Source of the DNA: Octopus vulgaris
Lineage: Eukaryota
Assembly (NCBI GenBank): GCA_951406725.2
Contig: OX597816.1
Span: 59,520,001-59,584,000, forward strand
Direction: 5' to 3'
DNA: 64,000 nucleotides
The notes below the pieces were generated by a model. That model worked only from the letters and a program-made list of their open reading frames with translations. It had not been told where the DNA came from and ran no database searches. The position numbers and the translations under genes were made by a program. Below are positions 39,807-54,758 of this stretch, in pieces; position 1 is the stretch's first letter, and each line of letters starts with the position of its first letter.

Positions 39807-40305
39807 AACAACAAACAAGATGAGGACAAATATCCGGAATTTATATCATGGAATTTATGTAGGATGTAGTGTTCTTGCGGTGTGTACCAATAATAGAAAA
39901 GTAGAGAAGGATGCGTGGCAGTAACTTTTGGAAGAAACAAAAAAAAAAAAAAACTCTAATTAGAGTTATTTCCCTTAGACTACATTTTTGAAATAGCTGA
40001 GTTACTTCCCTTGGACTGTAAAATTTGCTTAAAACTCTTAATGCATACGTTCGGAAAGACACTTTTGATATGCGTTTGACTCCCCAAACATACATGGCTG
40101 CAGGTAGAAAAGATGCATTCAAAAGAGCAAACGTTTGCTTTCATAGAAAATGTATAATCCAAGGATGTTATCTACATAAAAAAAATAATAATTAGGTGTT
40201 AATAAATTAAACTTTTTTTAATCATTTTTCTGTTGAAATGAATCCTCTTCATTTCAATTATTTTACAAAATAATGAAGTTTAGTAAGATGTATTGTTACT
40301 CCACA

Positions 40306-40467
40306 CCATATTTTAACGAGTATAAGGAACCCTTTTTTGTTAAAAATTAGGTTTAAAAAATATGGGGGTTTCTTATACATGGATACTATTATAATCCCTT
40401 ACAAAACCTTTTCTCCAGTTTTAAACACCCAAAATTATGGGTTCCTTATACACGTTAAAATATCGTA
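40306..40467. mobile_element. pogo/Tc2-like MITE
   Basis: ccatattttaacgagtataaggaaccc ... gggttccttatacacgttaaaatatcgTA inverted termini. Confidence 0.65.
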
Positions 40468-40976
40468 GATCTCATTCAGTGATTTAAAACTAGTTGCTTT
40501 TCTCCTTACGAGATCAACGACTGACAATCGCTTCGATAAGTATATACTGTGAGTAAGGTCAGCTGGCTGCTGTCTTTAGCCAGACAGTTGTCCAGTACTG
40601 AAGAAAAGACATTACCCAGAAACCATTGGTCTGCTAGTACTGCTGATAAACCAGCTGGAAAAGATGTTTTCCTGAGGTTGAAAAGTAGCAACACATTCCG
40701 ATTTAGGACTGCTATGTTATGATAGCAAATAAACTTTACTATCCAGTGCTGTTACTATATAGATTTCATTCAGGGATTCAAAAATAGTTGTTTTTCTCTT
40801 TTAGTAAAATAATTTTCTTTTTATTCAGCTGAACATTTTGATGGAAGATTTTAACTTTGATCAACTTATCCCATTTTACAGTTCTATATTTAAGAGATGA
40901 GGAATTATGTACACTATTTACATTTGACGGATATTTGTCAAGGAAACAGAAATATATTATCTCACATATTCTTCTT

Positions 40977-41058
<82 letters not shown>

Positions 41059-42067
41059 TATATCATCATCGTCGTCGTTTAATACCTGCTTTCCATGCTA
41101 GCATGTGTTGGACAGTTTGACTGAGGGCTCGCAAGCCAGAAGGCTGCACCAGGCTCCAATCTGATCTGGCAAAGTTTCTACAGCTGGAAGCCCTTCCTAA
41201 TGCCAACCAGTCCAAGAGTGTAGGGGGTGCTTTTACTTACCACCAGAATGAGAGCCAGTTAGGCAGTACTGGCATCAGCCATGCTCAAATGGTGCTTTTT
41301 ACATGCCACCTGCACAGGAGCCAGTCCAGTGGCACTAGCAATGACCACGTTTGAATGGTGCTTTTTATGTGCCACTGGCACAGGAGCCAGTTCATGTATG
41401 ACAATTCAATTTTGGTATTAACCTTGTAGCTTGCTTTAAAATGTCCATCTATGGATATTCATATAAGTACCGGGCACTGGACAGTAACAGTTAGTGCTAA
41501 TAGTCAGGGATTACAATAAATACATTATACCGTGTAAGGTCACAATGCAACTGAGACAACTTAAGGCCTCTCTTTCCTTTACTTTGGCAGTTGATGTGTT
41601 GGACTGTCAAAATGATAGCATTCCAAATCCTTCTCTGTATTTTCAATTGATCAATTGAATTAATTCAACCATGAATGTACATCTGAAACAGCTATAAGTC
41701 TATAATGCACATATAATTGCATAAAGCTCTTTATTTATTCATTTTCTAAATGTCACTCGGTGAAAACATACCACAACATTTTGGTAACACAACCATGGTA
41801 ATACATTATTATTTCAACCATCCAACTTCAGATGACCTGGAGTTCAATAACAATCAACAAGACCTTTTGTTAGCCTCCAATATTTGTATCTGCAGAGAGA
41901 GGTCAGGAAGTATTTTGCCCAGATTACTAATCCCTAATTAATAACTCTTTATATATATTATATATAGAGGGGGAGAGAAATAGATAGGTAGATAAATAGA
42001 CAGACAGACACATAGATAGATAGACAGACAGACAGACAGATAGACAGAAAGATATGTAGACAGACAG

Positions 42068-42119
<52 letters not shown>

Positions 42120-43399
42120 ATTTCTAGATAGCTTTTTAAAACTGGCCACATAAAATAAGTTAAGACTAACCAGAATATCTGTGACTGCTGTTGTTAATTT
42201 GGTGCAACGACTAATAGCACCATGCAATTATGAATGGTTCTTCACTTGGTCGGCGATGTCCTTTTGAGACATTGTAACCTCATCAGAGTACACATATGGA
42301 GGGTGGTGGGTATTTAAGCAGGTGTGAATTGTAATGTTACTTAAGAATAAAATATTTAAACCAGGGTCGAACCTTTAATTTTTTACTTGTTTCAGTCATA
42401 AGACTATGGCCATGCTGGGGCACCACCTTGAAGAATATTTTAGTTGAACGAATTTACCCCAGGTGCCACACAGTGGGACTGAACCCAGAACCATGTGGTT
42501 GGGAAGAAAACTTCTTACCACACATGCAACTATTTCCATAAAAATCTTTGTTAGGATTAGAACATCAAATGGATATTGTGTTTTATATCAGTGAGTAGAA
42601 CCTTAATTGACAAAGGCAAAGACAGTGTTAGGCACAAGTGTAACTGAGGGGTTAAGAAGCCACCTTAAATTACAACCTAACAAGGGAAACAAATGGGTTG
42701 ACCCTTTTTGGACCTTATTTCTGCTGAAGTGCACTGCTTTTGTTTCAAGTATCTATGAAGGAAGGTTTTAATTTAAATCATTTTATCGCATGTAAAAAGC
42801 ACCCACTACACTCGCAGAGTGGCTGGCATTAGGATGGGCATCCAGCTGTAGAAACTTTGCCAGATCAGATTGGAGCCTGGTGCAGCCTCTGGCTTACCAG
42901 CTCTCAGTCAGGCCATCCAACCCATGCCAGCATGGAAAGCAGACATTAAACGATGATGATGATGATGATGATGATGAAAGGGAAGTTTGTGTCATAAAAC
43001 AAAGGACAGTTTCCAGGAGGCTGGTGTCGAAATGGTTAAGTAATAGAAGTAAAAGATGAGATGTCTTTGATTATCTATCTGTCTGGTCATGGCTGTCCTG
43101 TGGCTAAAACAACAGCAAAAACAACTATAAAAATATTGGTTCCAAATTTTGGCACAAAGCCAGCAATATTGAATGAGTGGTTAAGGCGATTGCATTGTCC
43201 GTTGTGCTCAACTGGCAATTATGTTATTGACACCAAAAGGATGAAAGACAAAGTCAACCTTGGTGGAATTTGAACTAAGAAAACAAAGATGGATGGAATA
43301 CTGCTAAGCATTTTGGCTGACGTGCTAAGAATTCTGCCAGCTTGCTGCCTTAAAAATATTTAAAATCAATTTTTGTGTTCTGGTCATGTGACAAAAGAT

Positions 43400-43788
43400 A
43401 TGGCTGTGTGGTAAGTAACTTGCTTACTGGTCACATGATTCCGGGTTCAGTCCTGCTGCATGGCACCTTGGCAAGTGTCTTCTACTATAGCTTTGGGCCG
43501 ATCAAGGCCTTGAGTAGATTTGGTAGATGGAAACTGGATGAAGCCCATCGTATATGTATATATATGTGTATGTATGTTTGTGTATATGTTTGTCTGTCTG
43601 TCCCCCTAACATCGCTTGACAACCGATGCTGGTGTGTTTATGCTCCTGTAACTTAGTGGTTCAGCATAAGAGACCAATAGAATAAGTACTAGGCTTACAA
43701 AGAATAAGCTCTGGAGTAGATTTGCTCGGCTAAAGGTGGTGCTCCAGCATGGCCGCTGTCAAATGACTGAAACAAGTAAAGGAGTAAA
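43400..43788 (+). mobile_element. tRNA-derived SINE family B, full-length copy
   Basis: TGGCTGTGTGGTAAG...GGGTTCAGTCC head, CCTTGG.CAAGTG core, internal microsatellite, tail GGTGCTCCAGCATGGCC...CAAATGACTGAAACAAG. Other copies: 8712-9060, 9680-10345, 13595-14090, 25700-26245, 34365-35750 (split), 46700-46855, 53000-53160, 53700-54035, 56375-56675, 58740-58920. Confidence 0.85.
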
Positions 43789-43824
43789 TTCACAACAAAC
43801 AAATCTGTTTTCGAATAAAAATGT

Positions 43825-43830
43825 TTTAAT
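43825..43830 (-). promoter_or_regulatory. Candidate polyadenylation signal ATTAAA for the ASB-like gene
   Basis: ATTAAA on the minus strand about 90 nt after the stop, followed by T-rich sequence; the hexamer is common in AT-rich DNA. Confidence 0.35.
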
Positions 43831-43919
43831 AGAAATTTCATAACAAACATAACTTATGAGCTGCTTATGAAAGTTTCCTGTTTCCATAAAAATCTGTCAG
43901 ATTATGAATTAAGATTATC

Positions 43920-44244
43920 CTAAAGTTTTGAAAGAGTGATATAATCTTTCAGTATCTTTGGTAAAGGTAGGAACTGTGATTTGTACAGAATCTGAGAATG
44001 TAACTCTTGTCGAATGACAATGCGTGTGAGAGCTTGTAGAGTCATTGGAGAGGAATAAATATTGGCCAACCAATTCCTGATGTCGGCTTCTAAAATGAAT
44101 GGAGTAAAACAGTTAATGATGACAGAAGCGGCAGACTGCTTGGCAGAGTAAGTCGTTGAAGAAACATCTTGGTTATTTTTGGACTCGAGTGGTTCAGCAT
44201 AGTTACCAGAAAATATCAAAGTTTTCAACAATTTTGTTTTTTGG
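43920..44244 (-). CDS. Terminal coding exon with C-terminal SOCS box (ASB-like cullin-5 E3 substrate receptor)
   Basis: Acceptor tttctaatttcAG at 44245-44246; phase 2; ends PMTLQALTRIVIRQELHSQILYKSQFLPLPKILKDYITLSKL*, i.e. BC-box plus LPLP cullin-5 box. Confidence 0.85.
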
Positions 44245-46247
44245 CTGAAATTAGAAACAATATATATATATATAAAATATATATAAAAATACAAAATGGG
44301 ACAAGAACGCAAAACATTCAAATAGACGACACAAAAAACGGGTCATTCGAAGCCTCTAATCTTCAGTCAAGAACCGGATCATCCTCGCAGTTTCGACTGA
44401 TTAATCTTGAGATCGCTCTGATCCAGCCAGCCCCAAGGAAAAACTAAGCTACAAGCATAGATTTCTTGGAAAAAAAGGATCGAATGTATACGAAACAAGG
44501 ACAGAAAAATGGACGATGCCACACGAATATAAATACAAAAAACAATAATAATAATAACAGGACAAAAACAACAGGCGTCTTTCGACTTTAGACAGTTCAA
44601 CTTAGCTTAGCTGGCGTATTTGGAAAAAAATGCCTTACAGCAGACGAAAATTGAAAATATTTGTTACAAGTATAAAGATATCATAAACAAGTATAAAAAT
44701 GGAGAAAATATGTTAAAATCAAAATTGAATTTAATACAAAATTGAATTCAATACATATGTATGTTTCGAAAGACAATACAAATATTTAAGAAGAAATTAT
44801 AATAATTATAATTAAAGTTATGCATTGTCATTCTCATCAGTGTGAAGAATTTTTAGGAAGAACATCAAAAACGTTATTAATAAAATTCAATAAGGAAAAA
44901 CAGATGGGGTAATAGGGAAAAATTTAACTGGATATCTACAAACATGTTGTAAAAAGGAAAAATAATAATAAGAGAGACGAAAAAGAAAAACATATCAATG
45001 TGTATGGAAGTCTATTTGTGCAAAAAACTATAACTTAAAAATTCCAACGGATATATTTAAAAAATAGTAAAAGATCAAGGTGAAACATAATGTAAACAAA
45101 AGCATGTGTGTCCAGCATATATAAACAACATGTTCACTAACGGAAAAAAGCCATAGAGAGTCAGACATATACATATTTATATTGAAAACAAAAAAATATA
45201 TTACAAGAAGCTTCTAGCTAAATAACAAAACTATATTTGAATTGATTCAATATTTGAACATATATATATAATTGCTCCAGCTGATATTTATGAACATGAT
45301 GAATTTTTTATAGGAAATTATTTTTTCTCTCTTTTTGGATCCTTCAAAAACTTTGAATTCTTCTTTTTGAACTTATTTTTTCTCTCATATATAGTAATAT
45401 ATCTGGCTTCCTTGACTGGCTTCTGTGCCAGTGGCACTTAAAAAGCACCAACCGATTGTGGCCATTGCCAGCCTCCCCTGGAACCTGTGCCGGTGGCACG
45501 TAAAAAGCACCCACTACACTCACGGAGTGGCTGGCGTTAGGAAGGGCATCCAGCTGTAGAAACACTGCCAGATCAGACTGGAGCTTGGTGCAGCCTCCTG
45601 GCTTCCCAGACTCCGGTCGAACCGTCCAACCCATGCTAGCATGGAAAACGGACATTAAACGATGATGATGATTAATTGACTTATTTTCAACAGATACTTA
45701 TGAAGTTTAAAAAAAAAAATACAAAACTGAAAATTTTATTCTACTTAATCAAAGATATGCCACTGCCACCATCATCATCATCAACATCATTTTACATCCA
45801 TGTTCCATGCTGGCTTGGGTTGGATAGTTTGGCAGGGTCTGATACATTCAAGAACTGCATCAGGTTCTACTGTCCGCTTTGGCATGGTTTCTATGGTTGG
45901 ATAACCTTCTTTAAAATACGTTATTACATTGAAGAATTTGTCTGATGCTTGAGAATGCTTATGCTTCATATTAAAGACCCAAGCATTCTTGAGAACCAGA
46001 CAAGTTATCAAATGTAATAACGTACATATTTGATTTCATTTCCCTGGAAAATTTGAAGACCTGGACCTGTATATGGTAAATCAATTATGGAACAATTTCA
46101 TCATTTCTTCTAACATTATTATTATTATTATTATTATTATTACATATATACTCTTCTGAACACACACACATATATAACAGGCTTCTTTTAAAAAATTACT
46201 ATATTTAAATCTCACAACGAGAGATATTCAGTAACAGTACTTTGGAA

Positions 46248-46547
46248 TAAAGATTGTTTGCCAACATAGCATGGCAGTCCTGGTTTAGGACAAATGTTGC
46301 TGTAATTTAGCCCCAGTAGACATTGTCTCCAGCTGGCTATACGACATGATTTGTGTCCTTATATTTTCTGATAAAGAGAAATAACCCAGAAATTGCAACA
46401 CACAGATACTGCTTTGAACTGAGTGTTCGAAAATATAAGGACACAGATCGTGTCGTATAGCCAGCTGGAGACGATATCGCCTGGGGCAAATTACAGCAGC
46501 ATTCGTCCTAAACTAGGACTGCCATGTTACATTGGCAAACAATCTTT
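46248..46547. mobile_element. Foldback MITE with ~120-bp inverted arms
   Basis: aaagattgtttgccaa...tgtgtccttatatttt and its reverse complement; another partial copy at 57100-57302 with the spacer in opposite orientation. Confidence 0.8.
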
Positions 46548-47179
46548 ACTCTATAGGCTTCTTTTAGTTTCCATATACCGAATTCACTCACAATGTTCTA
46601 ATTAATCTTGGACTATAACAAAAGACATTTGCTTGAGGTGTCACACAGGAGGAGGGGGAACAGAATCCTGAATCCAAAAACCAATCAAAAAGGAGGCCTA
46701 TGCATGGCTGTGTGTAAGAAGCTTGCTTCCCCACCATATGGCCATGGGTTTAGTCCCATTGCATGATACCTTGAGCAAGTGTCTTCTACTGTAGCCTTAG
46801 GCTGACCAAAGTCTTGTGAGTGGATTTGGAAGAGAGAAACTAAAAGTCTGTCGTATGCCTACACATATGTATAACCCATGCTAGCATGGAAAACGGACAT
46901 AATGATGATAATGTGTATGTGTATATATAAAAATTGACAGAATGAGATAAAAAATCCAAGGCTGTGAATAGTTTTCAGAACATTTATAAAGAGATGGTCT
47001 TATTAGCATTGTTTCCGGGATATTTTATATATCGGTCAAATTTTATGTATATGCATACTAATACATGAACCATGTTGGACTCACTGGTATCATTATCGTA
47101 TCATTGTAGCTTAACCTGGGAGCACTAACTCAAGGTCTGCTGACACCATAGCTCCTTATAACTATGTATGTGCATATAT

Positions 47180-48180
<1,001 letters not shown>

Positions 48181-48191
48181 CATATATATAA

Positions 48192-51029
48192 CCGGACATA
48201 GCAGATGCGGAATTACACATACCACAGTATGTTGTGCTACGGACCGACAGGAAAGAAAGGAGTCATGGAGGAGTTGCTATGTACATCCGTGGGGACCTCA
48301 CACCCCAGGTCCTTTTGTCATACTCAAACTCGGTGTGTGACACACTAATTGTACACATAAGGCAACTTGATGTAGTTGTGTGTGCTACATATCGCCCTCC
48401 AGATGCCCCAAGTCATATGGGCAAGTTCGAGGACTGCCTTTTAAAAATAGAAGAAGTTCTAACCACATTAGAACAACACATAAGTGTACTTCTCATGGGA
48501 GACTTCAATCTACCGAATGTCAGATGGCCCGAGGGCCTTTCTCTCCCAGGAATGACAAGATGTGAACGTGGACAGGCGAGGTCCCTCCTGAACCTCACCA
48601 ACACCCTGTACATGGAGCAAGTAATACTGCAACCAACCAGAGCAGGTAACACACTGGATCTCTGCTTCACAAATAATATGGATCTCATCCATAATGTGAA
48701 AGTGACACCGACACTACTCTCGGATCACAACATGGTAGAGCTGACCATGTACGGGCCAAAAGAGAGCACGGACATGCAGCCTACAAGAAACCCTCAGAAT
48801 CTTTCCAGCTTGAACTTCAATAAGGCAAACTGGAAACAAATTGAGAAAGAGATCCTCAAACAAAACTGGCCTGAATGTCTCTCCTCGCCGGACATCGACA
48901 TGATACTTCAACAATTCATGTCTGTAATGCAAGCCATATGCTACAAATGTGTCCCAGAGAGAAAGGCCACTGTACACAAGAACAAAATCCCCAGAGAGAG
49001 GAAAATTTTAATGAGACGGCGTACAAAAATTTCAAATCGCCTAAACAAACAAATTGAAAGTAGTGAAAAGTCCCGCCTGAAAATAAAACTGTTGGAAATT
49101 GAAAATTGTCTGCAACTTTCCCATGAGAAGGAAAGAGCAGACAAAGAAGCCTGGGCTATAGACAACATAAAAACTAACCCCAGAGCTTTCTACAGGTATG
49201 CCAAAGAAACGGCTACAGTGCACTGTAGGATAGGGCCACTCCTTGAAAAGGATGGCACACTCACAGGAAAACCAATGAGGGTAAGTGAAATACTGAATGA
49301 ACAATTCAAGAGTGTTTTCACTCCACCCCTTGGGCATTTCCAAATCAGCAATCCAACTGACTTCTTTACCACTGCAGATATAGAATCAGAGGCGGCGACG
49401 ATAAGTTACATCGAGATAAAGGAAGACGATGTAATAAAGGCTATAGATGAAATGAAAATAGACTCAGCTACTGGCCCCGATGGATTCCCGGCAATCCTCC
49501 TAAAAGTATGTAAGAGAGTCTTAGCAAGACCACTGCAGTCCCTCTTTCAGAGCTTCCTTGCAGCTGGCAAACTTCCAAGGGGACTGAAGGAAGGTAAAAT
49601 ATGCCCTATTCATAAAGGAGGTAGCAGAGCGGAGGCAAAGAACTACAGACCTATCTCTCTGACCTCACACATCAGCAAGGTCATGGAACGAATAGTCAGA
49701 AGGAAACTAATCACCTTCCTTGAAGAAAATGACTTGCTGCCTGACACCCAACATGGTTTCCGACCAGGAAGAAGCTGCTTAACTCAGCTCCTGCAGCACT
49801 ATGACTGGGTGCTGAAACAACTGCTCAACCACTCAAATGTGGAAGTCATATATCTCGACTTCGCAAAGGCCTTCGATAAAGTCGATCACGGAATGATATG
49901 TCACAGGCTGCGTGATCTTGGCATAGTTGGAAAACTAGGAGAATGGCTTCACGACTTTCTGAAGAATAGAAGTCAGGTGGTAGTAGCCAATGGGGCCACT
50001 TCCATTAACACGCAAATAATGAGTGGTGTTCCACAGGGCACTGTTTTGGGACCACTACTGTTCATAATGGCCCTCTCAGACATGCCCTCAGCCACGCAGA
50101 GATCCACGATCACAAGTTATGCAGATGATACAAAAGTTTCACAGGCAATACAGAACCCTGAGGACACTAAAAACCTGCAATGTGAGCTGGACGAAATATA
50201 CAAGTGGGCTGAAAAGAATAGCATGCAGTTCAATGCTGGAAAGTTTCAAGCTTTATACTATCAGCATGCAAAACTGAATGCAATACCCAATGAATACACT
50301 GGACCCGGAGGGATTGCAATCCCAGAGGCACAATCAGTGCGTGACCTGGGTATTCACATGAGTGATGACGCGACCTTTCATGTACATGTTGCTAAACTGA
50401 CAGTGAAATGTAGACGGCTGGCTGGCTGGATTCTTAGAACCTTTAGAACAAGAGAACAAGAAACCATGATGGTCCTCTGGAAGACACTTGTCCTAAGCCA
50501 CTTTGACTATTGCTCTCAGCTATGGTCACCATCCAGTGTCAAGTTGATCACAGAACTTGAGGCGATCCAACGAAGCTACACAAAGAAGATAGCCTCTATG
50601 CAGAATGTAAGCTACTGGGAAAGACTCAAGAGATTAAAATTATACTCCCTGGAGCGTAGGCGGGAAAGATATGCCATAATATACATCTGGAAGATCCTGG
50701 AGGGAAGTGTCCTGAACTTTGGCATCGAGAGTTACACAAATGCCAGAACTGGGCGCCACTGCGTGGTGCCTAGGACTCCAAACCTGCCATCAAGATGTAG
50801 GACAAGATTCTGTGATAGCCTGGGCTTCCGAGGCCCACAGCTCTTCAATATCCTCCCGAAGAACCTGAGAGACCTGCATGGGGTGGATACAGATGTCTTT
50901 AAAATGAAGCTGGATCTCTTCCTGTCAGGTGTCCCAGATGAACCAACTTCACGGCAGGAGGGGCAGATGAGGGCAGCTGCATCGAACTCTCTCATGCACC
51001 AAATAGCAGTTGCTAGAAAGCCTCCATGA
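48192..51029 (+). CDS. LINE ORF2: AP endonuclease + reverse transcriptase (CR1/L2 group), N-terminally truncated but uninterrupted
   Basis: Open from 48192 ([13 protein letters not shown]...). APE motifs GGVAMY, YRPP, MGDFNLP, LDLCF, SDH; RT motifs [48 protein letters not shown]; C-terminal [12 protein letters not shown]. Confidence 0.95.
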   Translation, partial: PDIADAELHIPQYVVLRTDRKERSHGGVAMYIRGDLTPQVLLSYSNSVCDTLIVHIRQLDVVVCATYRPPDAPSHMGKFEDCLLKIEEVLTTLEQHISVLLMGDFNLPNVRWPEGLSLPGMTRCERGQARSLLNLTNTLYMEQVILQPTRAGNTLDLCFTNNMDLIHNVKVTPTLLSDHNMVELTMYGPKESTDMQPTRNPQNLSSLNFNKANWKQIEKEILKQNWPECLSSPDIDMILQQFMSVMQAICYKCVPERKATVHKNKIPRERKILMRRRTKISNRLNKQIESSEKSRLKIKLLEIENCLQLSHEKERADKEAWAIDNIKTNPRAFYRYAKETATVHCRIGPLLEKDGTLTGKPMRVSEILNEQFKSVFTPPLGHFQISNPTDFFTTADIESEAATISYIEIKEDDVIKAIDEMKIDSATGPDGFPAILLKVCKRVLARPLQSLFQSFLAAGKLPRGLKEGKICPIHKGGSRAEAKNYRPISLTSHISKVMERIVRRKLITFLEENDLLPDTQHGFRPGRSCLTQLLQHYDWVLKQLLNHSNVEVIYLDFAKAFDKVDHGMICHRLRDLGIVGKLGEWLHDFLKNRSQVVVANGATSINTQIMSGVPQGTVLGPLLFIMALSDMPSATQRSTITSYADDTKVSQAIQNPEDTKNLQCELDEIYKWAEKNSMQFNAGKFQALYYQHAKLNAIPNEYTGPGGIAIPEAQSVRDLGIHMSDDATFHVHVAKLTVKCRRLAGWILRTFRTREQETMMVLWKTLVLSHFDYCSQLWSPSSVKLITELEAIQRSYTKKIASMQNVSYWERLKRLKLYSLERRRERYAIIYIWKILEGSVLNFGIESYTNARTGRHCVVPRTPNLPSRCRTRFCDSLGFRGPQLFNILPKNLRDLHGVDTDVFKMKLDLFLSGVPDEPTSRQEGQMRAAASNSLMHQIAVARKPP

Positions 51030-51121
51030 AGTGAAACCAAGTAGCAACACCAAATGGCGGTGCCCCAGCATGGCCACAGCTCATAGGCTGGAACTGGAAT
51101 CAATCAATCAATCAATCAATC
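48192..51121 (+). mobile_element. Young 5'-truncated CR1/L2-group non-LTR retrotransposon in an ASB-like intron (antisense)
   Basis: ORF2, short 3'UTR with stem-loop CAGCtcatagGCTG, (AATC)n tail; (TA)n on both flanks. Confidence 0.92.
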
Positions 51122-51458
<337 letters not shown>

Positions 51459-51702
51459 AATTCATATTTTATATATTTATACAGTGAAATTTGATTTATT
51501 ACTAAATCTAATTTTTCCTTGTAAGTTTGGAGTTATACTCCCTAATATTATTATATATATATATATATATATACACAATTGCAGCATGGAAGGTGTTTAT
51601 AAGCCATTTAAGAAACACACAAAAACCGTTAGATTCACTTCAACATTTAAATTTAATTTGTCAAAATATTTTCGTCGCTTTGAGACTACGACCTGTTCAG
51701 TG

Positions 51703-51756
<54 letters not shown>

Positions 51757-52778
51757 CATACATACACACATATCATCATCATTGTTTAATGACCATTTTC
51801 CATGCTGGTCTGGTTTGGACAGTTTGACAGGAGTTGGCCAACCGGAAAGCTGCCCAGACTCCATTTGTCTACTTTCACATGGTTTCTACACCGGGATGAC
51901 CTTCTTAACACCAACCACTTTGCACAATGTACAAAGTGCTTTCAACATGAGACTGGCACAGGTGCCTTTATGTGGCACCAGCACCCATTAGCCTATGAGA
52001 CTGGGACCTCTTGCCTGTGATAGGGATGTAGAGGATATGCCAGTGTTCATGAATGGTCACAATTTTACTTAGCTTGACGTGTCTTCTCAAACACAGCAAA
52101 CCAACAAAAGACTCAGTCCCTTGTCATCTCTTCTGTGAGACCTAATACTTGAAGATCCTTTCTCACCACTTCATCCCATGTCTTCCCAGGTCTACCCCTT
52201 CCACATATTTCCTCCACAATTAGAGAACGGCACTTTTTGATGCAGCTGTCTTCATCCATATTTGCTTGTGTACACTTGTCTTGATTTCTGATGCTAGTTA
52301 ATGAGCATCACCATTATACAAGGGTAAATATATATTTCTTTACTGCCCACAAGGGGATAAACACAGAGAGGACAAACAAGGACAGACAAACGGATTAAGT
52401 CGATTATATCGACCCCAGTGCATAACTGGTACTTAATTTATCAACCCCAAAAGGATGAAAGGCAAAGTTGACCTCGGCGGAATTTGAACTCAGAACATAC
52501 CAGCAGATGAAATACAGCTACGTATTTTGCCCAGTGTGATAATGATTCTGCCAGCTCGCCGCCTTTATATAAGGGTAAATATATCCATGCTTAGAATCAG
52601 GCGATAGTTGGCTACAGGGAAGGCATCTAACCATAGAATATCTACTTCAACAAATATTCTTAAACCCTTGTCAGCATAGAAAAAGGGATGCTAAAAAGAC
52701 GAGGTTGATGAAATGTAAATCTAACAAAATGAAAGTGATGTAGAAGAGACTTCAGTGTAGAATATCCATCAGATTTAC

Positions 52779-52934
52779 CTGAAAACTCTGATGATGTTAA
52801 AATTGTGAAGAAGGCTTCTTTCCCAGGGCTCAATCATTTCAACTAACGGCCAACAGCAATCGTCTTTTAACAGCACCAAAATGCAGTCAATAAAATCTTT
52901 TTCAAACATTTCTCGAACAACAACTGTCCACATT
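52779..52934 (-). CDS. Penultimate coding exon of the ASB-like gene (not in ORF track)
   Basis: Acceptor ttatcttttcAG, donor GTaaat; 156 nt, phase 2/2, stop-free: (R)MWTVVVREMFEKDFIDCILVLLKDDCCWPLVEMIEPWERSLLHNFNIIRVF(S); joins both neighbouring exons in frame. Confidence 0.75.
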
Positions 52935-54176
52935 CTGAAAAGATAACGAGAAAAAGGTGAGAAATGATCAGTTTTAGATATTATTGAAGTTTAGACACAA
53001 ACACAAACACATGAAGGCTTCTTTCAGTTTCCATCTACTAAGTTCACTTACAACACTTTGGTCAGCCCAAGGATAGAGTAGAAGACACTTGCTCAAGGTA
53101 CCATGCAGTGGGACTGAACTCGGAACTGTATGGTTGGGAAGTAAACTTCTTACCACAAAGCCATCACTTTCAAACAACACCAGTTCTGGTCAAATGAGCA
53201 AAGGTAAATCACATGGAATCCAGGGAGTACAAATTGACCACTTGGGGATCGAAGGTGCGGTAAGCAAAACGACTGGTTAGATACTGGTTTGGCCATGTGG
53301 TAAAGTTATTTGCTTCCCAACCACATGGTTTGGGGTTCAGTCCAGGTGCTTGGCACCTAAGGCAAATGTTTTCTACTATCGTTCCAGGCTTGAAAGAGAA
53401 ACAGATGACCTCAGGCATTTTAGCATGAAAAGGTTTAATTAATCTTTGATAGATCAGAGAGAATATCAAGTATTTTCTTGTAATGCAAAGGTTAAACGTT
53501 ACAAACTGAAAGACAATAAAATAAAATAAACAATAACAACAAAAACAAAGATAGCAGAGAGAGGTCGTTGGGGTCAAAACTGAATCAGATTTCACAAGGG
53601 TTCGGTTTTCTAGGAAAAAGAAATTAGCACAAACATTTTCTTAGAATCTGGGAGGTTACAGAAGAAATTCAATAACAACACTCTCTCTCTCTCTGTGCAT
53701 GTGTGAGCCTGGCTGTGTGGTAAGAAGTCTGCTTCCCAACTACATGGTTTCAGGTTCAGCCGCACTGCATGGCACCTTGGGCAAGTGACATCAACTTTAG
53801 ATTTAACGGATGGAAACTGAAAGAAGCCCATTGTATGTGTGTGTGTGTTTGCCCACCACCACTGCTTGACAACCGGTGTTAGTTTGTTTACATCCTTGTA
53901 ACTTAGTGGTTTGGCAAAAGAGATTGACTGAATAAGTAAAAGACAGAAAAATACACTGGGGTTGATTCATTCAGCTAAAAATCCTTCAAGGCAGAGCCCC
54001 AGCATGGCCACACTATAATAGCTGAAACAAGATAAGTTATATATACATGTAGGATATAGTGGTGGTAGGACTGTTGGTTCCTTAACTTCTGATGGAGTTA
54101 CAGAAGTGCCGTTGCAGCTTACAGTATGTTTTGACTATTTTAAATCAGGAAGAGACCTCACCACATCCCTTTCCAG

Positions 54177-54387
<211 letters not shown>

Positions 54388-54758
54388 AACCCTGGCAATG
54401 GACTGGTATTTTATCTAAAGGATGAAAGACAAGGCTGACTTAGGTGAGGTTTAAACTCAGAGCACAGTGTTGGGACAAATCTAATGCTCTACAGACTCTA
54501 CCAAATCATCATCATCATCATCGTTTAACGTCTGTTTTCCATGCTGGCATGGGTTGGACCGTTCGACTGGGGGGGGGGGGGGTCTGGGAAGCCAGGAGGC
54601 TGCACCAGGCTCCAATCTGATCTGGCAGTGTTTCTACAGCTGGATGCCCTTCCAAACGCCAATATATTGAATAAATAGGTTACAATAAATATAGACATGT
54701 ATAACTATGAAGCTTTCCAGCAACAAATGGTTGCCCCTCACTATATCCCCTAATCTGC

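Noticed and set aside
48380-51103. Short overlapping and antisense ORFs within the LINE
   Set aside because: Shadows of the long ORF2 frame.
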